The position numbers were made by a program, and so were the translations under genes. Below the pieces are notes generated by a model. It searched no databases. It worked only from the letters and a program-made list of their open reading frames with translations, and was not told where the DNA came from. Below are positions 30,936 through 38,698 of a DNA stretch of 40,118 nucleotides, in pieces. The stretch's first letter is position 1. Each line of letters opens with the position of its first letter. The stretch is from Acidobacteriota bacterium (lineage in GTDB: Bacteria > Acidobacteriota > Vicinamibacteria > Vicinamibacterales > SCN-69-37): positions 1 through 40,118 of the forward strand of contig SCUN01000192.1 of the NCBI GenBank assembly GCA_004297655.1, given 5' to 3'.

Positions 30936-31498
30936 ACGCCGCCGCCGCGCTGCTCGTGGTGAGATTCCTGGCCGGCGGCGTGACCGGTCTGACCGTTCAC
31001 GAATCCGGCCACGTGCTGACGAGCGCGATGTTCAGCGCGCATCCAGGCACGCGGCCGATCAACTACGCGGGCATCCCGTTCTTCACCGTGACGCACAACC
31101 AGGTGTCGCGAAAGAAGGAATTCGTCATCTCGTCGGCCGGGTTATGGATGCAACACGCCGGATCCGAGTGGCTGCTGACCGCGCGGCCGAACCTGCGGCA
31201 CGAGTCCGCGCCGTTTCTGAAAGGGATGTTCGTCTTCAACACCGCGACGTCCGCGGTCTACACGGCCGCGGCGCTGGGCCGGCTCGGGCCGCTCGAACGC
31301 GACACGTTGGGCATGGCCACGTCGCTCGGACGCGCCGGCTGGCGCGAGCCCGTCGTCGGCATCTTCGTGGCGGCTCCGGCCGCGCTGGATGTGTATCGGT
31401 ACTTTCGGCCCGATCAGAAGTGGGCCGCGTGGGCATCGCGCGGCACCAAGGCCGCGTTCATGGCGCTCGTGCTATTCGCTGGCCGGCCGGTCCCCTAA
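30932..31498 (+). CDS. Uncharacterised membrane protein with HExxH motif
   Basis: ATGA overlap with eamA, GAGG RBS; VHESGH in a hydrophobic helix; several TM segments. Confidence 0.7.
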   Translation: MNAAAALLVVRFLAGGVTGLTVHESGHVLTSAMFSAHPGTRPINYAGIPFFTVTHNQVSRKKEFVISSAGLWMQHAGSEWLLTARPNLRHESAPFLKGMFVFNTATSAVYTAAALGRLGPLERDTLGMATSLGRAGWREPVVGIFVAAPAALDVYRYFRPDQKWAAWASRGTKAAFMALVLFAGRPVP

Positions 31499-31924
31499 CG
31501 CGAACGTCATCGTCCCGTGACAGACGAGCTTGCCGTTCACGCGGGCGCGTCCGCTCAACACGCCCATGCGGCTGCGCAGGCGGCGGACGACCGCTTCAAT
31601 CACGACGACATCACCGGGGTGGACGGGCTGATGAAACCGCACGCGCTCGATGCCCGTAAAGAAGATCAGCTTCTCGAGATTCTCCGGCTTCGACAGGATC
31701 AGGATCGCGCCGACCTGCGCGACCGCTTCCGTCAGGATGGTCGGCGGCATCGACGGCTTCTCACCAGACATGCGCGAGAGATACCACTCACTGTGCGTCA
31801 CATTCTTGATACCGACGATGCGCTTGTCGGTTTCGAGTTCGGTGACGCGATCGACCAGCAGGAACGGATACCGGTGGGGCAGAATCCGTTCAATCGCCGA
31901 GTAGTCGAGCGGCAGAGTGAGCAT
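31472..31924 (-). CDS. fabZ: FabZ-family hot-dog dehydratase paralog (catalytic His replaced)
   Basis: LPHRYPFLLVDRV, KNVT, EAVAQ, RFHQPVHPGD; usual GHFP reads RMSG. Confidence 0.85.
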   Translation of the reverse strand: MLTLPLDYSAIERILPHRYPFLLVDRVTELETDKRIVGIKNVTHSEWYLSRMSGEKPSMPPTILTEAVAQVGAILILSKPENLEKLIFFTGIERVRFHQPVHPGDVVVIEAVVRRLRSRMGVLSGRARVNGKLVCHGTMTFALGDRPASE

Positions 31925-31931
31925 CACTCCA

Positions 31932-31939
31932 AGTATAGT
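31932..31939. promoter_or_regulatory. Bidirectional overlapping -10 elements (leaderless both ways)
   Basis: AGTATAGT gives TATAGT (+) and TATACT (-), each exactly 7 nt from an ATG (31947 and 31924). Confidence 0.7.
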
Positions 31940-31946
31940 TAATGAG

Positions 31947-33680
31947 ATGAGTGAGCGGGACATTCTCCTGACGATGTTCGACTTAGGTCGTCAGGTCACG
32001 GCGGTGCTCGACATCAACGAGCTCCTCGAGAAGACCCCGGAGCTGATCCGCCGGCTCATCCCGTTTGACGCCTTCGCGGTCTACCTGTTCGACGAACGCC
32101 GCAACGATCTGTCGATCGCCTACTCGGTCGGCTACCCCGACACCGCCCGCATCCGCATCCGCCTCTCCGAGGGTATCGTCGGCCGGGTCGTCGAGTCCCA
32201 GCAGGCGCTGGTCGTCGGCGACGTGTCATCCGACCCGCACTACATCGAAGTCGTGCCGGGCATGGCGTCGACGCTCGCGGTGCCGCTGATCTACAAAAAG
32301 AAAGCCGTCGGCGCGCTCAACATCCTGAGCCGCACGCGCGATCAGTACTCGGATCAGGACGCCGCGATTCTCCGGCAGTTTGCCGCGGCGGTCGCGGTGG
32401 CCCTGGTCAATGCCCGCATGTTCGAGCGCGAGCGTGCCGACGCGGCCGCGTTCGAAATGCTCGCCGAGATCGGCAAGGAAGTCGCGGCCGTACTCGATCT
32501 CGATCAGCTGTTGTCGAACATCGCGCAACTGACGCGTCGCGTGGTCGACTACCGCACCTTCGGCATCCTGTTGTACGACGATGTGCGCCAGGAGCTCGAG
32601 ATGAAGGTCGCCGTGCAGTACGGCGAAAAGAAAGTGCTGCCGAAGGTGAAGCTCGGCGAGGGCCTGGTCGGATACGCCGCCCTGCATCGCGAAGCCGTGC
32701 TCGTGCCAGACGTCTCGAAAGACCCGCGATACATCAAGGCCGTCGAGGATGTGCGATCCGAACTCGCCGTGCCGATGCTGCTCAAAGATCGATGTATCGG
32801 CGTCTTCGACCTCGAGAGCCCGGAACTTGACGCGTTCACCAAGCGGGACGTCGAGATTCTCACGCTGCTCGCCAGCCAGGCGGCGGTGGCGATCGAGAAT
32901 GCGCGGCTGTACGAAGCCGTTTCACACTCCGAAGCGCGGATGGAAAAGGAACTGCATTTCGCCAAGCGCGTGCAGGCCGCGCTGCTGCCGCTGCAACTGC
33001 CGAAGAAGATCAAGGGCGTCGACGTTGCCGCGTCGTTCGCGTCGGCCCGGGAACTGGGCGGCGATTTCTACGATTTCATCGTGCCGGATTCCAATACGCT
33101 CATCGTCGCCCTGGGCGACGTCTCCGGCAAGGGCGTACCGGCCGCGCTCTACAGCGTATTTGCCGGCGAGTTGGTTCGCGGCCGCACGTTCCGCCGGCGT
33201 TTCATGCCGGACCAATCCACGCCGTCGCACGTGCTCGGGTCGATCAACACGATCCTGCACGAGCGCCAGCTCGAGGAGTACTACTGCACGCTCTGTTACG
33301 CCGTGTTCGACCTGAAGCGGCGAACCGTCACGCTGGCCAATTCCGGCGTGCCGTATCCCGTCCGCGCCGCCGGCGATGCGGTCGCGCAGATTGAATCACC
33401 CGGCGTGCCGCTTGGATCGTTCTATGGAACGACCTACGACGAAATCACGCTGCCGATCGGCAAGGACGACGTGTTTGTGTTTTGTTCGGACGGCGTGTCG
33501 GAAGCGATGAACTCGAAGGGCGAGGAATTCACGTCGGAGGGCGTTATCAAAGTCGTGGAGCAGTCGCGGATACTCCCCGCCCGCGAGATCGTGACGAATA
33601 TCGTCCAGGCTGTCGAAGACCACCGCGCGGGCTTTGCGCCCAACGACGACACGACGGTGGTGGCGGTGAGGATTGGCTGA
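31947..33680 (+). CDS. GAF-GAF-SpoIIE/RsbU-type PP2C phosphatase
   Basis: Two GAF repeats (GEGIVG/GEGLVG, DVSxDPxY, LAVP); GGDFYD, GDVSGKG, SDGVSE, DDTT. Confidence 0.94.
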   Translation: MSERDILLTMFDLGRQVTAVLDINELLEKTPELIRRLIPFDAFAVYLFDERRNDLSIAYSVGYPDTARIRIRLSEGIVGRVVESQQALVVGDVSSDPHYIEVVPGMASTLAVPLIYKKKAVGALNILSRTRDQYSDQDAAILRQFAAAVAVALVNARMFERERADAAAFEMLAEIGKEVAAVLDLDQLLSNIAQLTRRVVDYRTFGILLYDDVRQELEMKVAVQYGEKKVLPKVKLGEGLVGYAALHREAVLVPDVSKDPRYIKAVEDVRSELAVPMLLKDRCIGVFDLESPELDAFTKRDVEILTLLASQAAVAIENARLYEAVSHSEARMEKELHFAKRVQAALLPLQLPKKIKGVDVAASFASARELGGDFYDFIVPDSNTLIVALGDVSGKGVPAALYSVFAGELVRGRTFRRRFMPDQSTPSHVLGSINTILHERQLEEYYCTLCYAVFDLKRRTVTLANSGVPYPVRAAGDAVAQIESPGVPLGSFYGTTYDEITLPIGKDDVFVFCSDGVSEAMNSKGEEFTSEGVIKVVEQSRILPAREIVTNIVQAVEDHRAGFAPNDDTTVVAVRIG

Positions 33681-33714
33681 TCAAGTTTCACGTCACACGT
33701 CACAAAACTTGATC
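33679..33714. terminator. Hairpin with heptamer-repeat loop (copy 3 of NGTCACA element); possible terminator
   Basis: GATCAAGTTT / AAACTTGATC 10-bp inverted repeat enclosing CACGTCACACGTCACA, right after the stop codon. Confidence 0.55.
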
Positions 33715-33718
33715 TAAA

Positions 33719-33808
33719 TAGAACCGCCCAGCTCCCCTGGAGCGGAATGCGGCGATGCCAGCGCCTGCCTGTCGGTTGTTGACGCATCCCGATGGCCGAG
33801 CGGTTCCA
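33719..33808 (-). ncRNA. Candidate structured small RNA (~90 nt)
   Basis: Closing stem GAACCGCUCG/UGGGCGGUUC, inner stem GGGAUGCG/CGCAUUCC, hairpin GCUCC/GGAGC; G-U pairs in these stems favour the minus strand; lies between convergent genes; sigma54-like promoter points at its 5' end. Confidence 0.6.
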
Positions 33809-33819
33809 AAGAGGTGTTA

Positions 33820-33836
33820 ATCAAGACTCGTGCCGG
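33820..33836 (-). promoter_or_regulatory. Sigma54-like promoter (GG-N10-GA variant)
   Basis: Minus strand CCGGCACGAGTCTTGAT; predicted +1 near 33809. Confidence 0.55.
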
Positions 33837-33878
33837 GCGTTTTGTACGTACCGCCGGACGGTTTCTGTCGCCGGGCGG

Positions 33879-35093
33879 CTACGATTGCGCGGCCGCGCGC
33901 GGCGTTTCGGAGGACGCGGACGGGGCTACGAGCGTTGATAGTTGGGCGGCGATGATCCTGGCGACGGCGAACCGGGCGTCGCCGGGCTTGGCGCCCTGTA
34001 CTTCGGCCGCCAACACGCCGACGCAGCCCGAGGCAGCGATCAGCGGCACGGCGAGGGCGCCCTGGCCGTCGACCGATCCGCGAACGACCTGGGGCTGCCG
34101 GGTGCGAAACGCGAGGGACGTGACGTTGTCGCCGTCGACCGACAACGTGCCCATTCGCTGCAGCACTCGCTCCGAGTAACCGTGGGCCATTGACGGACGG
34201 AGCGTGGTCCCGCCGTGTTCGCTGATCCAGAGGACCAGGCCTTTCGCTTCGAGGACCGCGGCCGCACGCGACATCAGCGCGGCGAGGGCGCCACCGTCCT
34301 GGACGGAGGCGAGGTCGACACAGAGATCCGCGGCGCCTGTCAGATCCGGCGTCGGCGTAAACCACGGATCGGGTGCGCTGGTGCTCACGTGCTCGGGTGC
34401 GCTGGTGCTCGGGTGCTCAGGTGCGGGGTGAGTGGGTGCGGCGTCTGGTGAATTGAGCGAGAGTCCGGCTGCTGCCGGTACGTTGTTTCGGCGAGCGGCG
34501 ACGATGAGCAACAGCAGGCCAATCACCATCACGAGCGCGTTCGTGCCGAGGCCGACCCAGCCGAGCAATGTGGCTTTCGCTTCGAACGCCGCCATTTCCG
34601 CGTCGCGCGCCGCGGCCAGTTCGGCCTTGAGTTGCTTGACCGTGTCCGCGCCTTCGATCAGAACGACATCCGCGGCGACAAGGATCTGGCCGGTGCCGAC
34701 AAGGCCGCGCGCTTTGCGGTCGTTCGCGGCGACGGCGTTCACGAGCGGCGTGGCGGCCGTGTAGTGTGCGCGCGCCTCAGCCGACGTCGTCGTCGCGTTG
34801 AGATTGGCGACCGCGCTCTCGAGCTGGACGGCCAGCGCCGTCGCCGTGTTCATCCAGGTGTTGGCGGATTCGATGTTCTGCCCGGCGGCGATGTACGCGG
34901 CTTCAGCCGCGCCAAGATCGGCGAGACCTTCTTCAGCCGACCGAAGATCGGCATTGACGCGTGCCGCGGCTGCGCGGCCGTCATGCCGGTACATGTCGAG
35001 CGCGTAGTTTCCGGCAAGACCCGCGAGCGCGATGAGGATGAAGGCGACGATCAGTCCCGTCATTCCCTGAGACGCGCGCGCCTGCTCTGACAT
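33879..35093 (-). CDS. Membrane sensor-like protein: TM - helical periplasmic domain - TM - linker - GAF
   Basis: Two hydrophobic helices flank ~150 aa Ala-rich helical region; C-terminal GAF-like LVLW...AHGY...LAVPL...VGVL; no catalytic output. Confidence 0.75.
   Translation of the reverse strand: MSEQARASQGMTGLIVAFILIALAGLAGNYALDMYRHDGRAAAARVNADLRSAEEGLADLGAAEAAYIAAGQNIESANTWMNTATALAVQLESAVANLNATTTSAEARAHYTAATPLVNAVAANDRKARGLVGTGQILVAADVVLIEGADTVKQLKAELAAARDAEMAAFEAKATLLGWVGLGTNALVMVIGLLLLIVAARRNNVPAAAGLSLNSPDAAPTHPAPEHPSTSAPEHVSTSAPDPWFTPTPDLTGAADLCVDLASVQDGGALAALMSRAAAVLEAKGLVLWISEHGGTTLRPSMAHGYSERVLQRMGTLSVDGDNVTSLAFRTRQPQVVRGSVDGQGALAVPLIAASGCVGVLAAEVQGAKPGDARFAVARIIAAQLSTLVAPSASSETPRAAAQS
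34372..34440. repeat. Octamer tandem repeat (GGTGCKCN) within coding linker
   Basis: GGTGCGCT GGTGCTCA CGTGCTCG GGTGCGCT GGTGCTCG GGTGCTCA...; encodes APTHPAPEHPSTSAPEHVSTSAP. Confidence 0.7.
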
Positions 35094-35138
35094 TCGTCGA
35101 TAACTATAACGCAGCTTTCCGCGGGCTTGCGCCGGCGG

Positions 35139-36878
35139 CTACCGGGATTTGACGATGGCGTACGCCGGCAGACCCACGGCGTTGAAGCGCTGCATCACGG
35201 CCTTGACCTCAGGCGCGTCCAGATCTTCGGCCTGGAACTTGATCTTCACGTAATTAGCCAGCGCCGCCTTCACTTGCGGATCGGCGAGCGTGGTCTTGTC
35301 CATCGTGAGGCAGTTCTTGCACCACGTGGCCCACATGTCGATGAGGACGGGCTGGCCCGTGGCGACCGCCGTCCGGAGTCCCTCGTCCAACGTTGAGTAC
35401 CAGCCCTCTTTCAGTTTCTCGGCGGCGCTGGCCTGCACATCCGCCGTGTTGACCCAGCGGTTCGACAGGATCTCGTAGGTCAGGTAGCCGTAATACGCGG
35501 CCGTGGCGAGGATGAAAACCCCGAACGCGTACTTCACGCGATTCATCCAGGCGCCCGGCTTCGGGAGCCGCGAGAGGCCCGCGCCGGCGATCGGCCACGG
35601 TAGCGCCATCCCCAGTCCCAACACGAAGGGCAGCGCCAGCGCGATCGACGACCCCTTCGCATAGAGATCGCTCGCGAAGATCACGACCTGGATCACGACC
35701 GGCGCGACACAGGCGCCAGCGAGCAGCGCCGCAATCGCGCCCATGCCGAACGCCAGCGCGAACGATCCGCGACTCACGCCGCTGAACTGGAATCGGCTCG
35801 ACCACTTCGAGAAGTCGATCACGCCGATGTCGAACATCGCGAGACCCAGCACGACAAACAGCACGGCGATGGCGGCATTGAACCAGGGCGACGAGTTGAT
35901 CGCGCCGAACGTGCCGGCAGTGAGAATGACGATGAGCCCGATGACGCCGTAGACGAGCGCCATCGCCGCGCCGTAGGCGGAGCCCAGCAGAAAGCCGCGG
36001 CGCTTTGCGCCGGGACTGAAGTCCCGGCCTACATTCGCGCCGGCCCCGATGATTGCGAGGTTGATCGGAATCATCGGCAACACGCATGGGGTGAGGTTCA
36101 GCGCGAGGCCGCCGAGGAACACCAGCAGCAGGATCGCGATCGGGCCCTGGCCTTGAAACGGGCCCGAGGCTTTGACGCCGGCCTCCGCATCGCGGATAAA
36201 CGCGAGGAAGGTCCCAGCATTCATGTAGCCGCCGGCCACGCCTCGGGTTTCGAAGCCTTCGAGGCTGGTAAGCGGGTTCGCGGGTGAGGGGGTGAGTTGG
36301 TGATCAGGTGAGCTTGGTGCGGCGACCACGGCCTTGTCGCCGTTGCCAAACGTGATTGCCCGGAACACTTCGGCGTTCGATGCCGTTTCAACGGCGCCGA
36401 TCGGAATCGCCCATGTGACCGGCACCGTGACCGGCCGGAAACACAGGAGGTTGTTGCAGGGCTGATAGCGCAGGCGCGCGTTGAGTGTGACCGAACCGGC
36501 AGCCGATGCGCTGACATTGGCCGTGACGCCGACGATGAACTCGCGCTCGAAGACGAGCAGCATGTCGCCGGATTCGAGCTTGAAGTCCTTGGCCGGTGGG
36601 AAAACGACTTCCGACGGCGTGATCGCGGGATTCGGTTCGAATGTCAGCGACGTCGGGATGAGCGATTCGTCTTTCGGTTTGTTCGACTGCGCGTGCAGGC
36701 CTTCCGGTAGCACGACTCGAAGCGCGAGTCTGACCGTGGAGCCCGGCCGCGCCGCCGAGACCGACGACAGCGGCTCGATCGTGGCCGAGGCGGGCGATTG
36801 CGCGAAGGCCGGGACAGACAGAAGCAGCGCCGCGGCCGCGCCGAGAACGATTCGCATATGTGTGACTACGCGGCTCAT
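35139..36878 (-). CDS. dsbD: DsbD-family thiol:disulfide interchange protein
   Basis: N-domain YQPCNNLLC, TM domain LTPCVLPMIP and ACVAP, PKPGAWM, thioredoxin WATWCKNC; start may be 36857. Confidence 0.9.
   Translation of the reverse strand: MSRVVTHMRIVLGAAAALLLSVPAFAQSPASATIEPLSSVSAARPGSTVRLALRVVLPEGLHAQSNKPKDESLIPTSLTFEPNPAITPSEVVFPPAKDFKLESGDMLLVFEREFIVGVTANVSASAAGSVTLNARLRYQPCNNLLCFRPVTVPVTWAIPIGAVETASNAEVFRAITFGNGDKAVVAAPSSPDHQLTPSPANPLTSLEGFETRGVAGGYMNAGTFLAFIRDAEAGVKASGPFQGQGPIAILLLVFLGGLALNLTPCVLPMIPINLAIIGAGANVGRDFSPGAKRRGFLLGSAYGAAMALVYGVIGLIVILTAGTFGAINSSPWFNAAIAVLFVVLGLAMFDIGVIDFSKWSSRFQFSGVSRGSFALAFGMGAIAALLAGACVAPVVIQVVIFASDLYAKGSSIALALPFVLGLGMALPWPIAGAGLSRLPKPGAWMNRVKYAFGVFILATAAYYGYLTYEILSNRWVNTADVQASAAEKLKEGWYSTLDEGLRTAVATGQPVLIDMWATWCKNCLTMDKTTLADPQVKAALANYVKIKFQAEDLDAPEVKAVMQRFNAVGLPAYAIVKSR
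36009..36032 (-). repeat. GTAG-type REP inserted in frame in dsbD
   Basis: GTAGGCCGGGACTTCAGTCCCGGC, 23/24 identical to 955-978; encodes VGRDFSPG. Confidence 0.85.
36267..36314. repeat. Octamer tandem repeat (GGTGAGNN) in dsbD linker
   Basis: GGTAAGCG GGTTCGCG GGTGAGGG GGTGAGTT GGTGATCA GGTGAGCT (6 units, 48 bp). Confidence 0.6.
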
Positions 36879-36897
36879 GAACAGCGGGTTACTTTGC

Positions 36898-36925
36898 GGC
36901 GGCCTTCGAGATCAGGCCGCCCTAC
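36898..36925 (-). repeat. GTAG-hairpin (REP-like) overlapping the nuoG stop codon
   Basis: Minus strand GTAG-GGCGGCCT-GATCTCGA-AGGCCGCC; its TAG is the nuoG stop. Confidence 0.6.
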
Positions 36926-38682
36926 TTCACTTCTTTGATCGGAATCACATCCGCCCGCGGCATCGGACCGAAATCCTCGCCGAACTTGATGGGCGGCAGG
37001 TCCTGGAACATGAAGTCCCACTTCCAGCGCTCGGATGGATTCGAGGCCTGCAGCCAGCTCTTCGCCGACACCGGTCGCGAGAACGTCATCGTTGCCAGCG
37101 CCGCGTAACCGGGCGTGGACGCGAGGGCGTCGGCGATCGCCTGACGCACGGCGGCCGACGATGTGAAGGCGACGTTGCCGCCGAACACGACCGACAACTT
37201 CGCGAGGATCTGCCAGTCTTCGACCGCATCGCCCGGAGGCGTGATGGCGCGGGCGGCGCCCTGCACGTGCCCCGTCATGTTGGTGTAGGCCGCGTCCTTT
37301 TCAATGAACGCGCAGCCCGGAAGCAGAATGTCCGCGGCGGCCGAGAGCGGCGAGTGGAGCACGCCCTGCACGATCAGCGTCTGGATCTTTCCCGACTTGC
37401 GGGCGGCAATCACCCAATCGACGTCGCCGAGCGTGCCGTCCGGGCCGGGGTCGAGCACGTAGAGCAGTTTCACGAGGCCGGCATCGACCGCGCCTTTGAG
37501 CGACGACACGTTGGCCGGGCCTTCGGTCGCCGTGGTGAAGCCCAGGTCCTTCGCGCCGCGCAGGTTCGGCGCGTCCACGGCCGGAATGCGAAACTTCGTC
37601 GCCATCGGCTGCGGCTTCTCGCGATGCCGCCAGCTGAACGTCACGCCGCCGGTGTTGCCGGCAAACTGCTTGAGCACGAACAGCTCTTCGAGCGATGCAT
37701 GGCCCGACACGAGGAACTGCGCGTGCTTCGCGCCGCCCACGGCGCCGACGGCGTCATTGACCGCCACGAGCGCGTTCTCCCACGTCGTCACTTCCGCATT
37801 CATGTGCGGCTGATTCACGCGGCGGTCGCTCTCGATCCAGTGATAGTCGAAGCGGCCGATGTCGCACATCCAGTAGCTGTTGATCTCTTCGTTCAGCCGC
37901 GGCGTCGTGCGGATGAGCTGCGAGCCCTTCGCCCATTCCGGCTTCGCCTTGATCCAGGCGGTCGTGTTGCAGCCCTTCTCGCAGAGCGTGCAGATCGTGT
38001 CCACCGCCTGGGGGTTGTCCCACGGCCGCGACTTGAACCGGTAGTCGCGCGTGGTGAGCGCGCCCACCGGGCACACGTCCATCAGGTTTCCGGAGAGGAG
38101 GGAGACGACGCCTTTTTCTTCGAAGGTGGAGATTTCGCTGTGAACGCCGCGATGCGTGATGCCGATCTGCGCGTCGCCGTCCACCTCCTTCATGAACCGG
38201 ACGCACCGCGTGCAGAGAATGCAGCGGTTGCGATTGAGCATCAGCGTCGGCCCGAAGTCGATGTCGGCCTTCACGCCCTCGCCGTCGAACGTTCGCCGCT
38301 CGAATTCCATGCGGCTGCGCTCGGGGCCGTAGCTGTACGAAAAATCCTGCAACGGGCATTCGCCGCCCTTGTCGCAGACCGGGCAATCGAGCGGGTGGTT
38401 GACGAGCAGAAACTCGAACACGCTGGCCCGCGCCGCTTCGACGTCGGGCGAATTGGTCGTGACGACCATGCCTTCGCCGCACGGCGTCGAGCACGACGTC
38501 TGGAGCTTCGGCATCTTCTCGATCTTCACGATGCAGACGCGGCAAGAGCCGTCGACGCCGAGACCCGGGTGATAGCAGTAGTAAGGAACGTGGCCGCCGG
38601 ACTGAATGACTGCCTCGAGCACCGACTTGCCCTTTTCAACCGTGACGGGCTTGCCGTCAATCGTCAGCGTGACCGTTTCCAT
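36922..38682 (-). CDS. nuoG: NADH-quinone oxidoreductase subunit G-like Fe-S protein (stand-alone)
   Basis: YCYHPGL..GSCRVC..SC; NHPLDCPVCDKGGECPLQD; RCILCTRCVRF; DVCPVGAL; CTLCEKGC...WMCDIGRF. Confidence 0.9.
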   Translation of the reverse strand: METVTLTIDGKPVTVEKGKSVLEAVIQSGGHVPYYCYHPGLGVDGSCRVCIVKIEKMPKLQTSCSTPCGEGMVVTTNSPDVEAARASVFEFLLVNHPLDCPVCDKGGECPLQDFSYSYGPERSRMEFERRTFDGEGVKADIDFGPTLMLNRNRCILCTRCVRFMKEVDGDAQIGITHRGVHSEISTFEEKGVVSLLSGNLMDVCPVGALTTRDYRFKSRPWDNPQAVDTICTLCEKGCNTTAWIKAKPEWAKGSQLIRTTPRLNEEINSYWMCDIGRFDYHWIESDRRVNQPHMNAEVTTWENALVAVNDAVGAVGGAKHAQFLVSGHASLEELFVLKQFAGNTGGVTFSWRHREKPQPMATKFRIPAVDAPNLRGAKDLGFTTATEGPANVSSLKGAVDAGLVKLLYVLDPGPDGTLGDVDWVIAARKSGKIQTLIVQGVLHSPLSAAADILLPGCAFIEKDAAYTNMTGHVQGAARAITPPGDAVEDWQILAKLSVVFGGNVAFTSSAAVRQAIADALASTPGYAALATMTFSRPVSAKSWLQASNPSERWKWDFMFQDLPPIKFGEDFGPMPRADVIPIKEVK

Positions 38683-38698
38683 AACCCTTGAATGATAT

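Noticed and set aside
33684-33699. Second parS (AGTTTCACGTCACACG)
   Set aside because: Four mismatches to consensus, not palindromic; explained by the heptamer repeat.
33721-33808. tRNA or tRNA-Sec (plus strand ends in GGTTCCA)
   Set aside because: No T-loop (GTTCRA) or D-arm, and acceptor geometry does not fit; kept as candidate sRNA instead.
35101-35111. TAACTATAACG, start of the 23S rRNA I-CeuI site
   Set aside because: Only 11 bp match; better explained as a minus-strand -10 element.
36481-38691. 736-aa + strand ORF
   Set aside because: Antisense to nuoG and dsbD; Arg/Ala-rich with no domain signature.
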